Assembly: GCA_030390025.1 (NCBI GenBank)
Contig: CM059452.1
Location: 17,670,001 to 17,734,000, forward strand
Length of the DNA: 64,000 nt
Reading direction: 5' to 3'
Origin: Squalus acanthias
Taxonomy: Eukaryota
Positions 10,134 to 23,840 of the stretch are shown piece by piece (positions within the stretch are counted from its first letter, which is position 1; each line of letters starts with the position of its first letter). Under the pieces are notes generated by a model, which did not search any database, was not told the origin of the DNA, and was given only the letters and a program-made list of their open reading frames with translations. The translations under genes and the position numbers were made by a program.

Positions 10134-13100
10134 CCCTTATATTTGGACTGTGACCCCTGGTTCTGGACTCCCCGACCATCGGGAACATCCTTCCTGCATT
10201 TAGTTTGTCCTGTCCTGTCAGAATTGTATAAGTTTCAATGATATCCCCTCTCATTCTTCTAAACTCCAGCGAGTATAAGCCCAATCGAGCCAATCTTTCT
10301 TCATACGTCATTCCTGCCATCCCAGGTATCAGCCTTGTGAATCTTCGCTGAACTCCTTCCATGGAAAGAACATCCTTCCTCAGATAAGGCGACCAAAACT
10401 GCACACAGTACTCAAGGTGTGGTCTCACCAAGGCCCTGTACAACTGCAGCAAGACATCGTTGTTCCTGTACTCAAACCCTCTCGCTATGAAGGCCAGATA
10501 CCATTTGCCTTCTTAACCGCCTGCTGCACCTGCATGCTTACCTTCAACGACTGGTACACAAGGACACTCAGGTCTCGTTGCACTTCCCCTTCTCTCAATC
10601 TATTGCCATTCAGATAATAATCTGCATTTCTGTTTTTGACACCACAGTGGATAACCTCGCATTTATCCACGTTATATTACATCTGCCACGCTTCTGCCCA
10701 ATCACCCAACCTGTCCAAATCATCCTGGAGTTTCTCGGCATCCACCTCGCAGCACACACGCCCACCCAGTTTTGTGTCGTCTGCAAACTTGGAGATATTA
10801 CGTCTCGTTCCCTTGTCTAGTTCATTAACATATATTGTGAATAGCTGGGGTCCAAGGACCGATCCCTGCGGTACCCCACTAGTCACTGCCTGCCACTCGG
10901 AAAAAGACCCGTTTATTGCAACTCTTTGCTTTCTTTTTGCCAAACAGTTCTCCATCCAAGTCAATACCTTGCCCCCAATCCCATGTGCCTTAACTTTGCT
11001 CGCTAATCTCTTATGCGGGACCTTATCAAAAGCCTTTTGGAAGACCAAATATACCACATCCACTGGTTCTCCCTTATCTATTTTATCAATTACATCCTCA
11101 AAAAATTCCAATAGATTAGTCAAGAATGATTTACCTTTGGTAAATCCATGTTGAATTTGTCCGATCCTGTCACTGTTTTTCAAGTGCTCAGCTATTACAT
11201 CATTTATAATGGACTCTAGCATTTTCGCCACTACCGATGTCAGGTTTACCGGTCTGTAATTCCCCGTTTTCTCTCTACCACCCTTTTTGAATAGTGGGGT
11301 AACATTAGCTACCCTCCAAACCATGGGTACTGTTCCAGATTCCAACGAATGTTGGAAGATGATCAGCTATGCATCTACTATTTCTAGGGCCACTTCCTTA
11401 AGTACCCTAGGATGTAGATGATCAGGCCCTGGGGATTTATCGGCCTTCAATCCGTTCAATTTCCCTAACACCATTTCCCTACAAATACTGATTTCTTTCA
11501 GTTTCTCCCATTCATCAGACCCTATGTTCCCCAACATCTCTGGGAGGTTATTTGTGTCATCCTTTGTGAAGACAGAACCAAAATATGTATTTAATTGGTC
11601 TGACATTTCTTTGTTCCCCATTATAAGTTCCCCTGATTCTGCCTGCAAGGGACCTATGCTTGATTTCACTAATCTTTTTCTCTTCACATATCTATACAAG
11701 CTTTTACAGTCAGTTTTTATGTTCCCTGCAAGCTTACTCTCGTATTCTATTTCCCCTTCTTAATTAATCCCTTTGTCCTCCTTTGTTGAATCTTAAACTG
11801 CTCCCAATCCACAGGGTTACTGCTTTTTCTGGTCAATTTTTATGCCCTCTCCTTGGATCTTATGCTATCCCTAATTTCCCTTGTTAGCCATGGTTGAGTC
11901 ACCCTTTTTATTTTACTCTTATTCCAAACTGGGATTAACAAATTCTATAGGTCGTCCATGCGGTCTTTGAATGTTTGCCATTGCCTCTCCACCGTCAACC
12001 CTTTGAGTGACATTCCCCAATCAATCCTACCCAACTCGCACCTCATAACATCGTAGTTTCATTTATTTAAATTCAGGACCCTAGTCTCTGAGTCACCTAC
12101 TTCACTCTCCATCCTAATGAAGAATTTTATCATATTATGATCGCTCCGACCCAAGGGGCCTCGCACAACAAGATTGCTAATTAATCCTTTCTCATTGCAT
12201 AATACCTAGTCTAAGATGGCCTGATCTTTGGTTGGTTCCTCGACATATTGGTCGAGGAAACCATCCCGTAAACACTCCAGGAATTCCTCCTCCATAGTAT
12301 TGTTACTCATTTGGTTAGCCCAATCTACATGTAGATTAAAGTCACCCATGATGACTGCTGTGCCCTTATTGCACGCTTCTCTAATTTCCCTGTTAATGCC
12401 ATCCCCAACCTCCGCATTACTGCTTGGAGGTCTATATATCACTCCCACTAACGTTTTCTGCCCCTTGTTATTTCTCAGTTCAACCCATACAGATTTCACA
12501 TCATCAGAGCTAATATCCTTTATTTCAATTGTGTTAATCCCCTCTTTAACCAGCAATGCTACCCCACCTCCCTTTCATTTTTGCCTATCTTTCCTGAATA
12601 TTGAGTACCCCTGTATATTAATTTCCCAGCCTAGGCCACCCCGGAGCCATGTTTCGGTAATCCCAAACAAATCATATTTGTTTACCTCTATTTGCGCAGC
12701 TAATTCGTCCACCTTGTTCCGAATGCTCCTTGCATTAAGACACAAAGCCTTCAGGCTTGTTTTTTTTAACGCTGTTAGACCTATTAGAATTAGTATTTAC
12801 TGTGGCCAAGTTTGATTCAAACCGTTGTTTTCTCTGACTGCAACCTTTGTTTTTCTCCTTCCTATCTTTTGCTTTTATCCTTGTTTCACTTTCCTGACTC
12901 CCTGCTCAGGTTCCCAACCCCCTGCCATTTTAGTTTAAACCCTCCCCCAGAGCACTAGCAAACACTCCCCCTAGGACATCGGTCCTGGCCCTGCCCAGGT
13001 GTAGACCGTGCGGTTTGTACTGGTCCCACCTCCCCCAGAACCGGTTCAATGCCACAGGAATTTGAATCCCTCTCCCTTGCACCATTCCTCTAGCCACGTA

Positions 13101-14297
13101 TTCATTTGAAATATCCTTCTATTTCTACTCTGACTAGCACGTGGCAATGGTAGCAATCCTGAGATTACCACCTTTGAGGACCTATTTTTTAATTTACCTC
13201 CTAACTGCCTATATTCTGCTTTTAGGACCTCATCCCGTTTTTTACCAAAATCGTTGTTACCTATATGTACCACGACAACTGGCTGTTCACCCTCCCCTTC
13301 CAAAATGCTCTGTAGCCGCTCTGAGACATCCTTGACCCTTGCACCAGGGAGGCAACATACCATCCTGGAGTCTCGTTTGCTGCCGCAGAAACGCCTATCT
13401 ATTCCCCTTGCAATAGTATCCCCTATCACGATAGCTCTCCCACTCTTTTTCCTCCCATCCTGTGCAGCAGAACCACCGATGGTGCTAGGAAGTTGGCTGC
13501 TGCTGTCTTCCCCTGATAAGCCATCTCCCTCAACAATATCCAAAGCGGTATATATGTTTGAGAGGGGGATGGCCACAGGTGACCCATGCACTACCTGCCT
13601 GCGCCTATTACTCTGCCTGGTGGTCACCCATTCTCTTCCTGCCTGTACACCCTTTACCTGCGGAGTGACCAACGTGATACGTGATATCAACGATGTTCTC
13701 AGCATCGCAAATGCTCCAGTATGCATCCATCCGCAGCTCCAGCGCCGCAAGGCTGTCTGTCAGTAGCTGCAGCTGGATACATTTCCCACACACATGGTTG
13801 TCAGGGACACAGGAAGTGTCCCTGATTTCCCACATAGCGCAGGAAGAGCATGTCACAGCACCGAGCTGTCCTGCCATGACTTACCCTTTAATTAATTAAT
13901 TAATTAATTAAAATTAAATTAAAATTAAATGGATCCCACCAATTACACTGGAATTAAGTGATATACTTAAGGGCCCTCACTTAACAGTAGTCCCCGCTAC
14001 ACAAAGAGAACGTAGAAGCCACAAAATTTAAGTTTAGAAAAATTGAGAAAGAAAACACTCACCAACCAATCACTTACCTGCTTTTTGGTGACGTCACACT
14101 ACGAATATTTTTTCCTTCCCTCGCCCGGAACCTGGATTTGTAAACCGCCTCGTGGCTCACCTTAAGTACCGCCGCTCGCAGGTCCGCCGCCTCTGCCGCC
14201 TCGCCGCTCTAGGCCTCGCTGCTGCCTCGGGGCTCACCTGAATTACCGCCGCTCGCCGCCTCTGTTCCCTCGCAGTTCTGCCGCCTCGCTGCTCTAG

Positions 14298-16700
14298 CTT
14301 TAACAAAATCGCCTTTTTTAATTGGTTCTAATGGTCAAAATACCATTGTCACTCAGACTAAGGGTAGCATCTTGGCCCCTCCTGGCTCAGTAATTTTCCC
14401 ACAACCTCACCCTGTTCAGTGTTATATTGTTTATAGTTCTTCAACACATTGGAATTTACCTTATCTCTTTCATTCCTAGCTTCCCTCGTATAAGCATTGG
14501 TAAGCGAACTCTAATTATGCTTAGTATTACAATGTGTTATTTAGCAATTTAACCTTCACTATTTGCTTATGACTGTTTGTTATCAGAACTTAGTCAAAAC
14601 TACTTTCGAATAGACTTTAACATATGCATACCAACAGGGAATCATGGGTAAGATTAGTTGGTCAATGACGACACTTGAATTTATACATATATGATTCTCA
14701 TCTACTATATGGTCTCTAAATACTAATCTTTCGTATAGTCCCCAACTCGAGGATGAAATGTTTGAAACATTGATTACTCGATGATTTCAATCTATTCTCT
14801 GACAAGAATTGCTGCAAATCGGAGTCCTCTCATTGAGGGGAACGGAGCGCTTCTCAAAGGTGGTTTTATCCCCCTTTTCATTATAAGCCTGGGTTCCAAC
14901 TGTGCCACTTACAGGGGCGATCCTTTACTATTGTCATGGCTGAGGGAAACTCCAGGATCTCCTCAACTATCATGAGGGCCGTGCTGCTATGCCTTTCCTT
15001 CTAGTGTGTCCCAGTCTATCATTTCACCTCCGCCCGTGATCCTATTGCTGAATCACAAGATCTGGCAGTAACGGCCCTTATCTTACCCCGCCTGCGTTCT
15101 CCTCTGTTTCTTCTGATCTTCTCTTTTGGTGTGCTCAATTAATTTGTTGGTGCTGGTTTCTCATAGGCATGAATACACAATTGGCCTTTGTATCAAAGTC
15201 TTATTACATGGGTTACATATATCAAATACACTATCATTACAAGTTGGAGAACAACAAGAGCGTGTGAAATAATACGACTTTAAGGGTGTAATGATTTATT
15301 AAACCCAATTTCCCAAAAATTGTAAGTTGGCCCCTATGCTGTCAAGTTCAATATCTATTCTCGAGTTGTCTTGCTCCAAATCATAACATTTCTTTAGGGA
15401 GGGGTTCATCGCATCACGAGCTCACTGAAATCCTCAGGCAACAGGAGAATGTATTATCAGAATTGTGCCACATAATTGTGCAGCTGATACATAAGTATAT
15501 CATTTACTGTCAGTTTCACTTGAGCATAGATTTTGATATTGAGTAAAACGCGTTGGTTGATGGGACAGGCCCTGTTAAACTCGTAAAGCATGGTAGTTAC
15601 GGTAGTAGTGACACAGGAGGCACCACCAAAACCAACTCATACTGGATTCGTACTGGTTTTTTCCCACGCTCTGTTACCTACAAATCACAATTATTACAGT
15701 TACAAGTTATAATTCAGTCCTACAATCATTTGAAGCGACACTACAATTTAACATCTAATCAACAAGTCATGGACTTTAAATATCCTCCAGATCTCTTTAC
15801 TCGTATCCATCTTGTGGATAATTCTTGCTAAACATGTATATTCCATAGCCCTCCATTGTCCCAATCCAAATTCCATGTAACTCTCTGCTTCAACTTAAAT
15901 TTCAATCCCGCTAACAGGTACCAGTGTGTTTAACTCTATTCTGATTGTTTCAATAATTAGATAGTCTCTCGATGGAGTGTTTCAATGCTTTAAAAGTTGT
16001 TTCACTCTCCTGAGCCACATTAACCATTTCATGTCGTACTGTAGTCAAGTAACTGAGCATGTTTGAGATCCGTTCTTCAGTGCAGATTCACCATGCATTC
16101 CCGGATGGTAATTGCTTCATACGTAACAAATCATATTTGCACACTCATACCGGTATCACAATATCATGCCGCACGTGCCATCCGATACAAGACATTCCCG
16201 GGCTTTGCGGCGATCTTATCAAAAGATTGTCTTTGCTCATTTTCCACCACATGGTTCTGATGTCTTGGTTAGTGGCCAGACTATCAAATTCAGTTTTCTT
16301 AAAAGGTTCATTATGGGCAGGGTCACAAATGTCTCCAAGAGAAAGCAATCAATTTACTATTCGTAACTACATTTTCCTGACTTTCACTAAAAAGTCTGGA
16401 AAATTGCCATTTGGTGGTGTAATTTTCCTGTTTCTATCTCACACCCTCAATCACTTCCTCTGTCCATTTTATACATCCCATCAATTACCATTCATATCTC
16501 ATTCATGAGCCCTGGAGGAACTTTACTGTCCATTAAAAACATAGATCAAACCATCTCACTTGGTAACCCAATATATCATTTCAAAATCCTCCCAAAATCC
16601 AAACTTCTGTACTACTGGACTGATAGGTTTTGTCAATGTTCAATTTCATTTCTATACATTTATCTTATCAATTCAATTTCAGAAACAAGTGATTCCCAGG
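14298..16700 (-). mobile_element. Probable degenerate LTR-retroelement/ERV remnant: env-like end, PPT and LTR start
   Basis: Broken minus-strand translation gives heptad-like ISNMLSYLTTVRHEMVNVAQESETTFKALKHSIERL, then YDLEQDNSRIDIELDSIG / FWEIGFNKSLHP*SRIISHALVVLQLVMIVYLIYV (TM-like, ~15200-15395). Purine tract GGGCGGAGG is followed by TG at 15026. Confidence 0.45.
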
Positions 16701-18185
16701 CTAGGTGGTTTACACAGTGTTTGAACATTAGAGACAGAAGTGCTGCAATTACTTTACAAGATAAATTCCATAACACACAAGAAAGCAGATAATCCATTGT
16801 GGCTCTGCTTAAGAGCCCAAGGAGTTAATTTATTAAATCATCATTTTCCGTCTGTCACTGTGGGGAAATATTAACTTAAAATTAAGAAACTTAAATTTAA
16901 TAATGTCCAATATCTTTAAATGTCATTCAGTAATACTAAAGTTGTTGCTTGTTGAATTTAAACAGCTGTCAGTGGAAAAGGTTAACTGCTTTGTAAGTTT
17001 TTAAGAAGGCGGAGCGACAACGTTGTCACACGCACGCAATTGCGCCACTTCACTTGAGTTACATCCTCGTCAGGCTATTAGACTTAATTTTACAGGCTTC
17101 TTTGATTTCCTGGGCCTTAATTTATTCTGTGGGAAAGCAACATACCGGTGATTTCTCAATGTGCTTGAAATTCCAATTTTAGATAACATGTTAACCTATT
17201 TATGTTTAAAAGGACAGTGCCTGCGCCAATATAGCACACATGCAAAGTTCCTCCAAAATGTTGAAGACACGTTATGCAGGGAATTTCTTTGGAGCATCAT
17301 CTGGCACAATTGCCGTGACTTCAGAGGTTCCGGGAAGTTACCCTGCAAAGCGGGATTTGCTCCGAGAAAATTCCAATATTAGTGAGCTGTTGAATGAATT
17401 ATTAGCCACAATCCCTTTATGTGGCTCGGTGACTGATGTTGTTTCATGACACTCATGTGAAGCGACTTGAGACGTTTTACTAGGTTAAAGGCGCTATATA
17501 AATGCTACTTGTTGTTGTAAAATGCGTAATACATCTAAAATGAACGTGTTACCGCATGCTGTAAAACTGGGATAAGGGGGCATCTTGGGAAGGTCTGCAG
17601 AATTAGCCAATGAATAAGACCAAGTAATGTTTAGACTTTGTGTCCTTCTGGTCATTTTAAGGATGTGTCACTGGAAATTGCCGATTGTGATATTAGTGCA
17701 GCAATACTTTGGTTTGACATCACTAGAATATTCTTTCAATGGCGGCTCAACCGGTTTAAATCAATCGGCTTAAATTTCAAGCCATGGAACAGAGGAGAGC
17801 CACAGAAAGTCGCTAAACCTGTGCAGCGGAATATCACAACAAGCCTTTAGTTCTCCGCAGTTAACCACAGAACGGATTCACTCAATTTAGCTGCATTGAA
17901 TTGAAAGCTTCACTTCGGTAAATTGATGTTTGGATTTCTGCGTTATTAATGAATGAATCAATTCATCCAAATAATGACCAGAACATTAATGCTAAGACTG
18001 AATACTCAATGTCCTAGAATGTATGAACCTTGTATTAATGATCATACCGCTTAATGATTAGAACTGTTAATTGTCCGGGTTATTCCCATATTCCAGGAAC
18101 ACACCCAAACCTATAGATGCTCCAGTCCATTCAATATCGGTCGTGAATTAATGGGATTCAGGGCGCCGGTTTCTAGACTCAATTT

Positions 18186-19265
18186 ACATAAGATCACAAG
18201 AAATAGGAGCAGGAGTCGGCCATTCGGCCCTTCGAGCCTGCACCGCCATTCAATGCGATCATCGCTGATCTTCTGCCTCAATTCCATTCACCGGCCTTAT
18301 CGCCATATCCCTTGATGGCCTTACAATCAGAAATCTATCGACTTCTGTTTTAAATATACCCAATGACTGAGCCTCCACAGCTCTCTGGGGTAGAGAATTC
18401 CAAATATTCACCACCCTCAGTGTGAAGAAATTTCTTCTCATCTCAGTCCTGAATGGCCTACCCTTTATCCTGAGGCTTTGGCCCCTGGTTCTAGACTCCC
18501 CAGCTAAGGGAAACAGTCTCCCTGCATTCACCCTATCAAGTCCTGTAATAATTGTGTATGCTTCAATGAGATCCCGTCTCATTGTTCTGAATTCAAGAGA
18601 ATACAGGCCTAGTTTACTCAACCTCTTCTCATACGACAGTCCCGCCATCCCAGGAATCAATCTCGTTAACATTCCTTGCACGACCTCTACGGAAGTATAT
18701 CCTTTCTTAGGTAAGGAGACCAAAATTGTGCACAGTACTCCAGGTGTTGTCTCACCAAGGACATATATAATTGGAGTAATACGTCTTTACTCCTGTACTC
18801 AAATCCTCTTGTAATGAAGGCTAGCATACCATTTGCCTTCCTAATGGCTTGCTGCACCTGCACTTTCAGTTTCAGTGACTCATGTACAAGGACACCCAGG
18901 TACCTTTGAGCATCTGCATTCCCCAATCTTTCACCATTTAGGAAATATTCTGCCTTTCTGTTTTTTCTACCAAAGTGGATAACTTCACATGTATCCACAT
19001 TATAATCCATCTGCCATGTTCTCGCCCACTCACTGAGTCTGTCGAGATCTTCTTGAAGCCTCTTAACATCCTCTTCGCAACTGACACTGCCACATAGCTA
19101 TGTGTCATCAGCAAATTTGGAAATGTTTCATTTAGTCCCCTCATCCAAATCATTGATATAGATTGTGAATAGCTGGGGCCCAAGCACCGATCCTTGCGGT
19201 ACCCCACTAGTCACAGCCTGCCATCCTGAAAAAGACCCGTTTATCCCTACTCTTTGTTTTCATCC
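18186..19265 (-). mobile_element. 5'-truncated CR1 LINE
   Basis: RT C-terminal ORFs 18687-19010 and 18259-18723, plus the conserved 3' stem-loop and tail. Confidence 0.9.
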
Positions 19266-22096
19266 GTACATTATTTTACTTGTTTAAGGTGTAGCTTTTA
19301 TTTAGTTTATTGGTGAGTTTTACTAACTTAATCATTGGCGCAAACTGAAATACCTAAACAAAAATAAGTGTTGGATTTAAACCCAGAACTTTTAGTAAAA
19401 ACATTGACGAACAGCATGCAACACATTATTTTTTATTATATTCTGAAACTTTGCGTTGACAGAGACTAAAAGTAACTTAATAAAAAAATCAAACCAGCAA
19501 TAGCATTCAAACAAAGCTGAACAAAAATCTATTGATGAGATCATTTAATTTCCACACGTTTAGGGAACGGACACAAGTTCCAATTGTTTCTGACACTTTA
19601 TTTAGGCAAATCACTGCAAATACAGTCATGTCAGGAAAGGGTATCAAGGGATATGGAGCATAGGCGGGGAGCTGGAGTTAAGGGACAGATCAGCCAGGAT
19701 CTAATTGAATGGCGGAGCAGTATCGAGTGGCTGAATTACCTATTCCTTTTCCTAATGTCCCTATGTCACATTAAAACAAATTGATCTTACTATCACAGTA
19801 TCCCTCCATTTGCAATGTAATTGCTGACGACTTCGGATTCCATCGTTTGTAGCTGAAATTAGATACAGGGGAGAATCCATCTCTTGCTATGGACAGTGAC
19901 GTTGCACAGGCTCTGATGTAGGTTCTCTCTGCTCGATATTTCTTGCCAAGTAGTTAGCGGATCCTTTTAAAATATGTTAAAGACTAGGCCAGAAATATGA
20001 CCTCACGGAATCTGATTTGAACGCAGCATGATCTCATTGCAACACACTAGCAGAGGAATTCTTAACCAGGGTTTGTAACAAAGCGTCAGACCTGGCACAC
20101 CTTTCCAGATATAATTCTCGCTGTTGGGCATTCACGGCGGTATTTAGTTTCCACTGGGTTTCAGATATCAGATAAACCTTGGTGAAGATTTCCTCTGTTA
20201 CGTATCTCTAACCAAATCGTCAACACATTCAGCAACGAGCTGTTAACGATTCTACAAAAAATTCCAAACAGAGGGAATCTTAACTGTCACAATTGAGCTG
20301 TCAACATAAACAGCGAGTAGAGGAATGGTAACTTTTGCTGGTAGATCTTGTGTCCAATCTGTTCAACCATGTTATATTCAGATTGCTTCAATACACTTTT
20401 TGCCCAGAGGGAATGCCTGGACCCTCTGTACGGTCTAAGGGCCTTAACTAATGCAAGATCTACGGGGAAGATTTACACACAATGCTGTGTGTCTACGAAC
20501 TCAGGAAAGTTTTACTGGTTACTATTCCCAGCGACACCGTGATTATATATTTAACAAATGGCCGACATAGGAAACACTCCTGCTGTTTCAAGATTCTGCT
20601 AACTAATAGCGACACAATCAGCCTTTCTCCACCAGACCCTGCTGAAAGCCCAGTGATCTCAGTTTTCTGTCATGTGATATAACAAGGGTGGGGTGTTTCA
20701 GTGCTGTGTGTTTGCCCTACCAGCCCCTTCCGCTATAAAACACACATCTCATCTACTCTTTATGCCTTGTCACGGGCCTTTCTAACATCCAACCTGTGCC
20801 ACAATTACTTTCAGATCCAATTAATTCTACAATGACTAAATCCTCCATAATCCATCAAAACATTTAGTAATCGATTTTTAAAATCCAAGTTCACAATTGA
20901 AGCCTAGAAATTTCAGCTGGGACATTTCATGCGAGGTCTTTCATACGGTCCGCGCGATTCTGCTGCAGCTCGTGCGGCGGCGGAACCATTGTTGGAGTAA
21001 ATATCAGTCACTTGGCTTTTGGAGCAACTTCCCCCAGTCACAGACTGGCGGGACACAGACGCTCACGGCAGGCTGTAAATAATGATACACACAGTGCGCA
21101 GCAATAACCAATATATTCCTTGGGGAATTATGCACTGAGAGTCGGCCTTGAAAGGGACAATGTGGTTACTTTGTTGGGAAGCCGAATACTCCAGCAAACC
21201 CCGCTCACTGCTGTTATTTAGGCAATTCATACACAGTAAGATCCCCCAAATGTGATGAAAGACAACTTAAAATGATGGTTTGTATTTGTTGTTTTCCTGA
21301 AAGTGAGGATGTTGGCCAGTGTATAATTCGGCAGCTCTGCACCGGCAAACACGGCCTGGTTTTATCGATTCAGCCGATTGAAGGGGCATGTGTGGTAATC
21401 CAGTACTCCCCCAGTGCTGCATTGGGTGGTATCAAACTATATTCTGGGATGTGGTGCTGGAGTGGCACTTGAACCCACCGCCTGATTGGCCCAAAGGCAA
21501 GGGAGCGACCAATCAGCCAATCCTATAGGGGAGCATTGAATTGACAAAGGTGAAGTCATTCTTGCTAATTGGTTGGCAGATCAATCATAAATATTAACAA
21601 ATTTAAAGTTACATTGTATTGAAAGATGTTAAACAAAATGCTTAATATTTCAGACGGTCGTCTGTTTCTGTGCTATTGAATATTGGGAGAGGGCGCCACT
21701 CACTAATGTCTGAATAAATTGAGCCTGTATCCAAGGTGCGGCATTTAAATACAATATTACATCGAATCATCGAATTTTCTCCAGTTACAGTAAATTACAA
21801 TCTGTCCCTCCTGGACATTCAACTATTCGCGGTTCACTGTTTTGCTAAAGTCACGCGGAATTCTATTCAACAATGACACTTAACGTTTCAAGAATAAGAA
21901 ATTAGCTCATGAAAGAAAAGAAAGCTAACAGTTTTTATGCTTTGCTTGAGACTATATAGGAATACGAGATGAAATGGTGCCGTGCACCAGCCGATAACGA
22001 TGAGCGAGTGAGGCAATCCAGTCCCGTCAGCATCCGACGAAGATTCTCGTAACAACCCTAATTATAAACCGGAAGTGCCTTCTGGCCAAGCGGGCG

Positions 22097-22105
22097 CTAG
22101 TGCAC
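22097..22105 (-). CDS. IgNAR: IgNAR TM2 exon coding part (V-H-stop)
   Basis: Strong acceptor TTCTATTGTTTCTACTGCAG followed by GTG CAC TAG; matches the phase-0 donor after TM1 (...VIK). Confidence 0.7.
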   Translation of the reverse strand: MH

Positions 22106-22485
22106 CTGCAGTAGAAACAATAGAATGATAACCCAGTGAGTAACAGAGTGAGACAGATGATGCCCAATCAGACTGAATAGTCAAAGTGTGCAATAAAAGA
22201 CAGGATGATGGACTATTGCTGTGAAATGTGATGTGGTTTCTGGGTTTGGACAGTTATCCTCCAGAACTGAATGGCCTCACCCCTAAGACCAGACAGCCTC
22301 ACTAGTCGCGTGTCTCCGCGAATGTATCAATGACAAGGGAATCATGTGTTAGCAATGATTATATAGACAGCAATAATTATACAATAATCCGAAAAATGTG
22401 ACCATCCATGTGAATTGTCGCTGGACTCCTAGCAAACCTAGGATTGTCCCTGTAAGTTTCCTAAAAACTGAACAGGGGCTGAATT

Positions 22486-22780
22486 TGCCGTCGGAGGCTT
22501 CGCGCGGGCGGATTCCTCCGAAACGCAATAAATCTCGCATCTACCTGATGGTCCTGAATCCAGGAAGACACCCGCACCTGGGTCTCTAGGCCTAAGACTG
22601 CGTAGAGGCCCAGGTATCCCAGGAGCGCATTCGGCTCGCAAGCGCCCACGGGATCACGTGGGCCCGGCCCAACATTTCAGAAAGGGGATTCCCATTATGC
22701 TTGAGGGGATTCCATTTACGTACGGAGTTTCCAGAAGCTTAATAGGAATCACGCAAAAATACATGTACACAACGTTGAAA
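22486..22780 (+). mobile_element. Non-autonomous DNA-transposon-like fragment
   Basis: Colinear similarity with 57627-57910 (GTCGGAGG..CCTCCGA hairpin, GGATCACGTGGGCCCGG, GATTCCATTTA). Confidence 0.55.
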
Positions 22781-22783
22781 TAA

Positions 22784-23220
22784 GGGGCAACACGGTGGCA
22801 TAGTGGTTAGCACTGGTGCCTCACAGCGCCAGGGACCCGGGTTCGAATCTGACCTCGGGTGACTGTCTGTGTGGAGTTTGCACATTCTCCCCGTGTCTGC
22901 GTGGGTTTCCTCCGGGTGCTCCGGCTTCCTCCCACAGTCCAAAAATGTGCGGGTTAGGTTGATTTGGCTATGATAAATTGACCCTTAGTGTTAGGGGGGG
23001 ATTTAATATGTGGGGTTATGGGGATAGGATGGGATATGTTAGGGGGAATTAAATACGTGGCGTTACGGGGATAGGGTGGGATATGTGTACTGTGGGGATT
23101 AAAGCAGGGACAGGGTACTGGATTTGGATGATCAGCCATGATCGTATTGAATGGTGGAGCAGGCTCGACGGGCCGAATGGCCTACTCCTGCTCCTAGATT
23201 CTATGTTTCTATGTTTCTAT
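22784..23220 (+). mobile_element. tRNA-derived V-SINE (HE1-like) with CR1-type 3' tail
   Basis: A box TGGCATAGTGG, B box GGTTCGAATC, V-domain GTGTGGAGTTTGCAC..., LINE-shared 3' end and (TTCTATGT)n. Confidence 0.88.
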
Positions 23221-23234
23221 AAAAATAAATCAAC

Positions 23235-23840
23235 TTATCTCATTGGGGCTGGCATACAAAGGGGTGGAAGTTATGCTGTAGTTGTCTAAAGCTCCGGTTC
23301 CTGCGGTCAGTTCTGAGCACCGCAGCTCAGGAGGATATATTGGCCGTGGAGAGGGTGCAGAGCTGATTCACCAGAATGATACCGGTACTAAAAGGGTCAA
23401 AATTAGAAGGGCATTTTCCTTAGATTAGCGTTGTGTTCCGTTGGATAGAGAAGATTAAGGGGTGATTTAGGTGTTTATGGTGAGTAAAGGGATTTAAAGA
23501 GTAGATAGAGAGAAACTAATTCCTCTGACGGGCGACACCAGAACAAGGTGGAATGAAGGTAACATCAGAGCTGGTCCGTTCAGGGTGATGTCAGGAAACA
23601 CTTCACCATACAAAGGGTACGGGAAATCTGGAACTTTCTACCCCAAAAAGCTGTTGAGGCTGGGGGTCAATTGAACATTTCAAAACTGAGATTGATAGAT
23701 TTATGTTAGGTAATTTTATTAAAAGACGTGTAACCAAGGTGTTTATCTTTAGGTACGTTACAGATCAGCCATGGTCTAACTGAGCGGCGGATCAGGCCCG
23801 TGCAGCTGAATGGCCTTCCCATGTTCCCATGTTCCTATGC
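23235..23840 (+). mobile_element. Old CR1 3' fragment
   Basis: Degenerate RT C-terminal sequence and GATCAGCCATG...ATGTTCCT 3' end. Confidence 0.75.

Larger units (their letters stand above)
9356..14297 (-). mobile_element. Full-length, decayed CR1-type LINE (second family) carrying an insertion at 9653-10133
   Basis: GC-rich 5'UTR. ORF1 starts at 13877 (CSSCAMW...CGKC, esterase HIGNND). ORF2 is fragmented (12206-12556, 11367-11699, 10677-11345, 10036-10452). Tail (TTCTATGA)n at 9356-9379. Confidence 0.93.

Noticed and set aside
10636-13766. Plus-strand ORFs of 170-195 aa
   Set aside because: Antisense shadows of LINE ORF1/ORF2.
15018-15027. GTG AAA TGA (VK*) as TM2
   Set aside because: Preceded by a purine tract rather than a pyrimidine tract; better explained as a PPT/LTR boundary.
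15790-15812. RVKR furin site in the env-like remnant
   Set aside because: Reading frame is ambiguous and the position relative to the heptad does not fit; not used as evidence.
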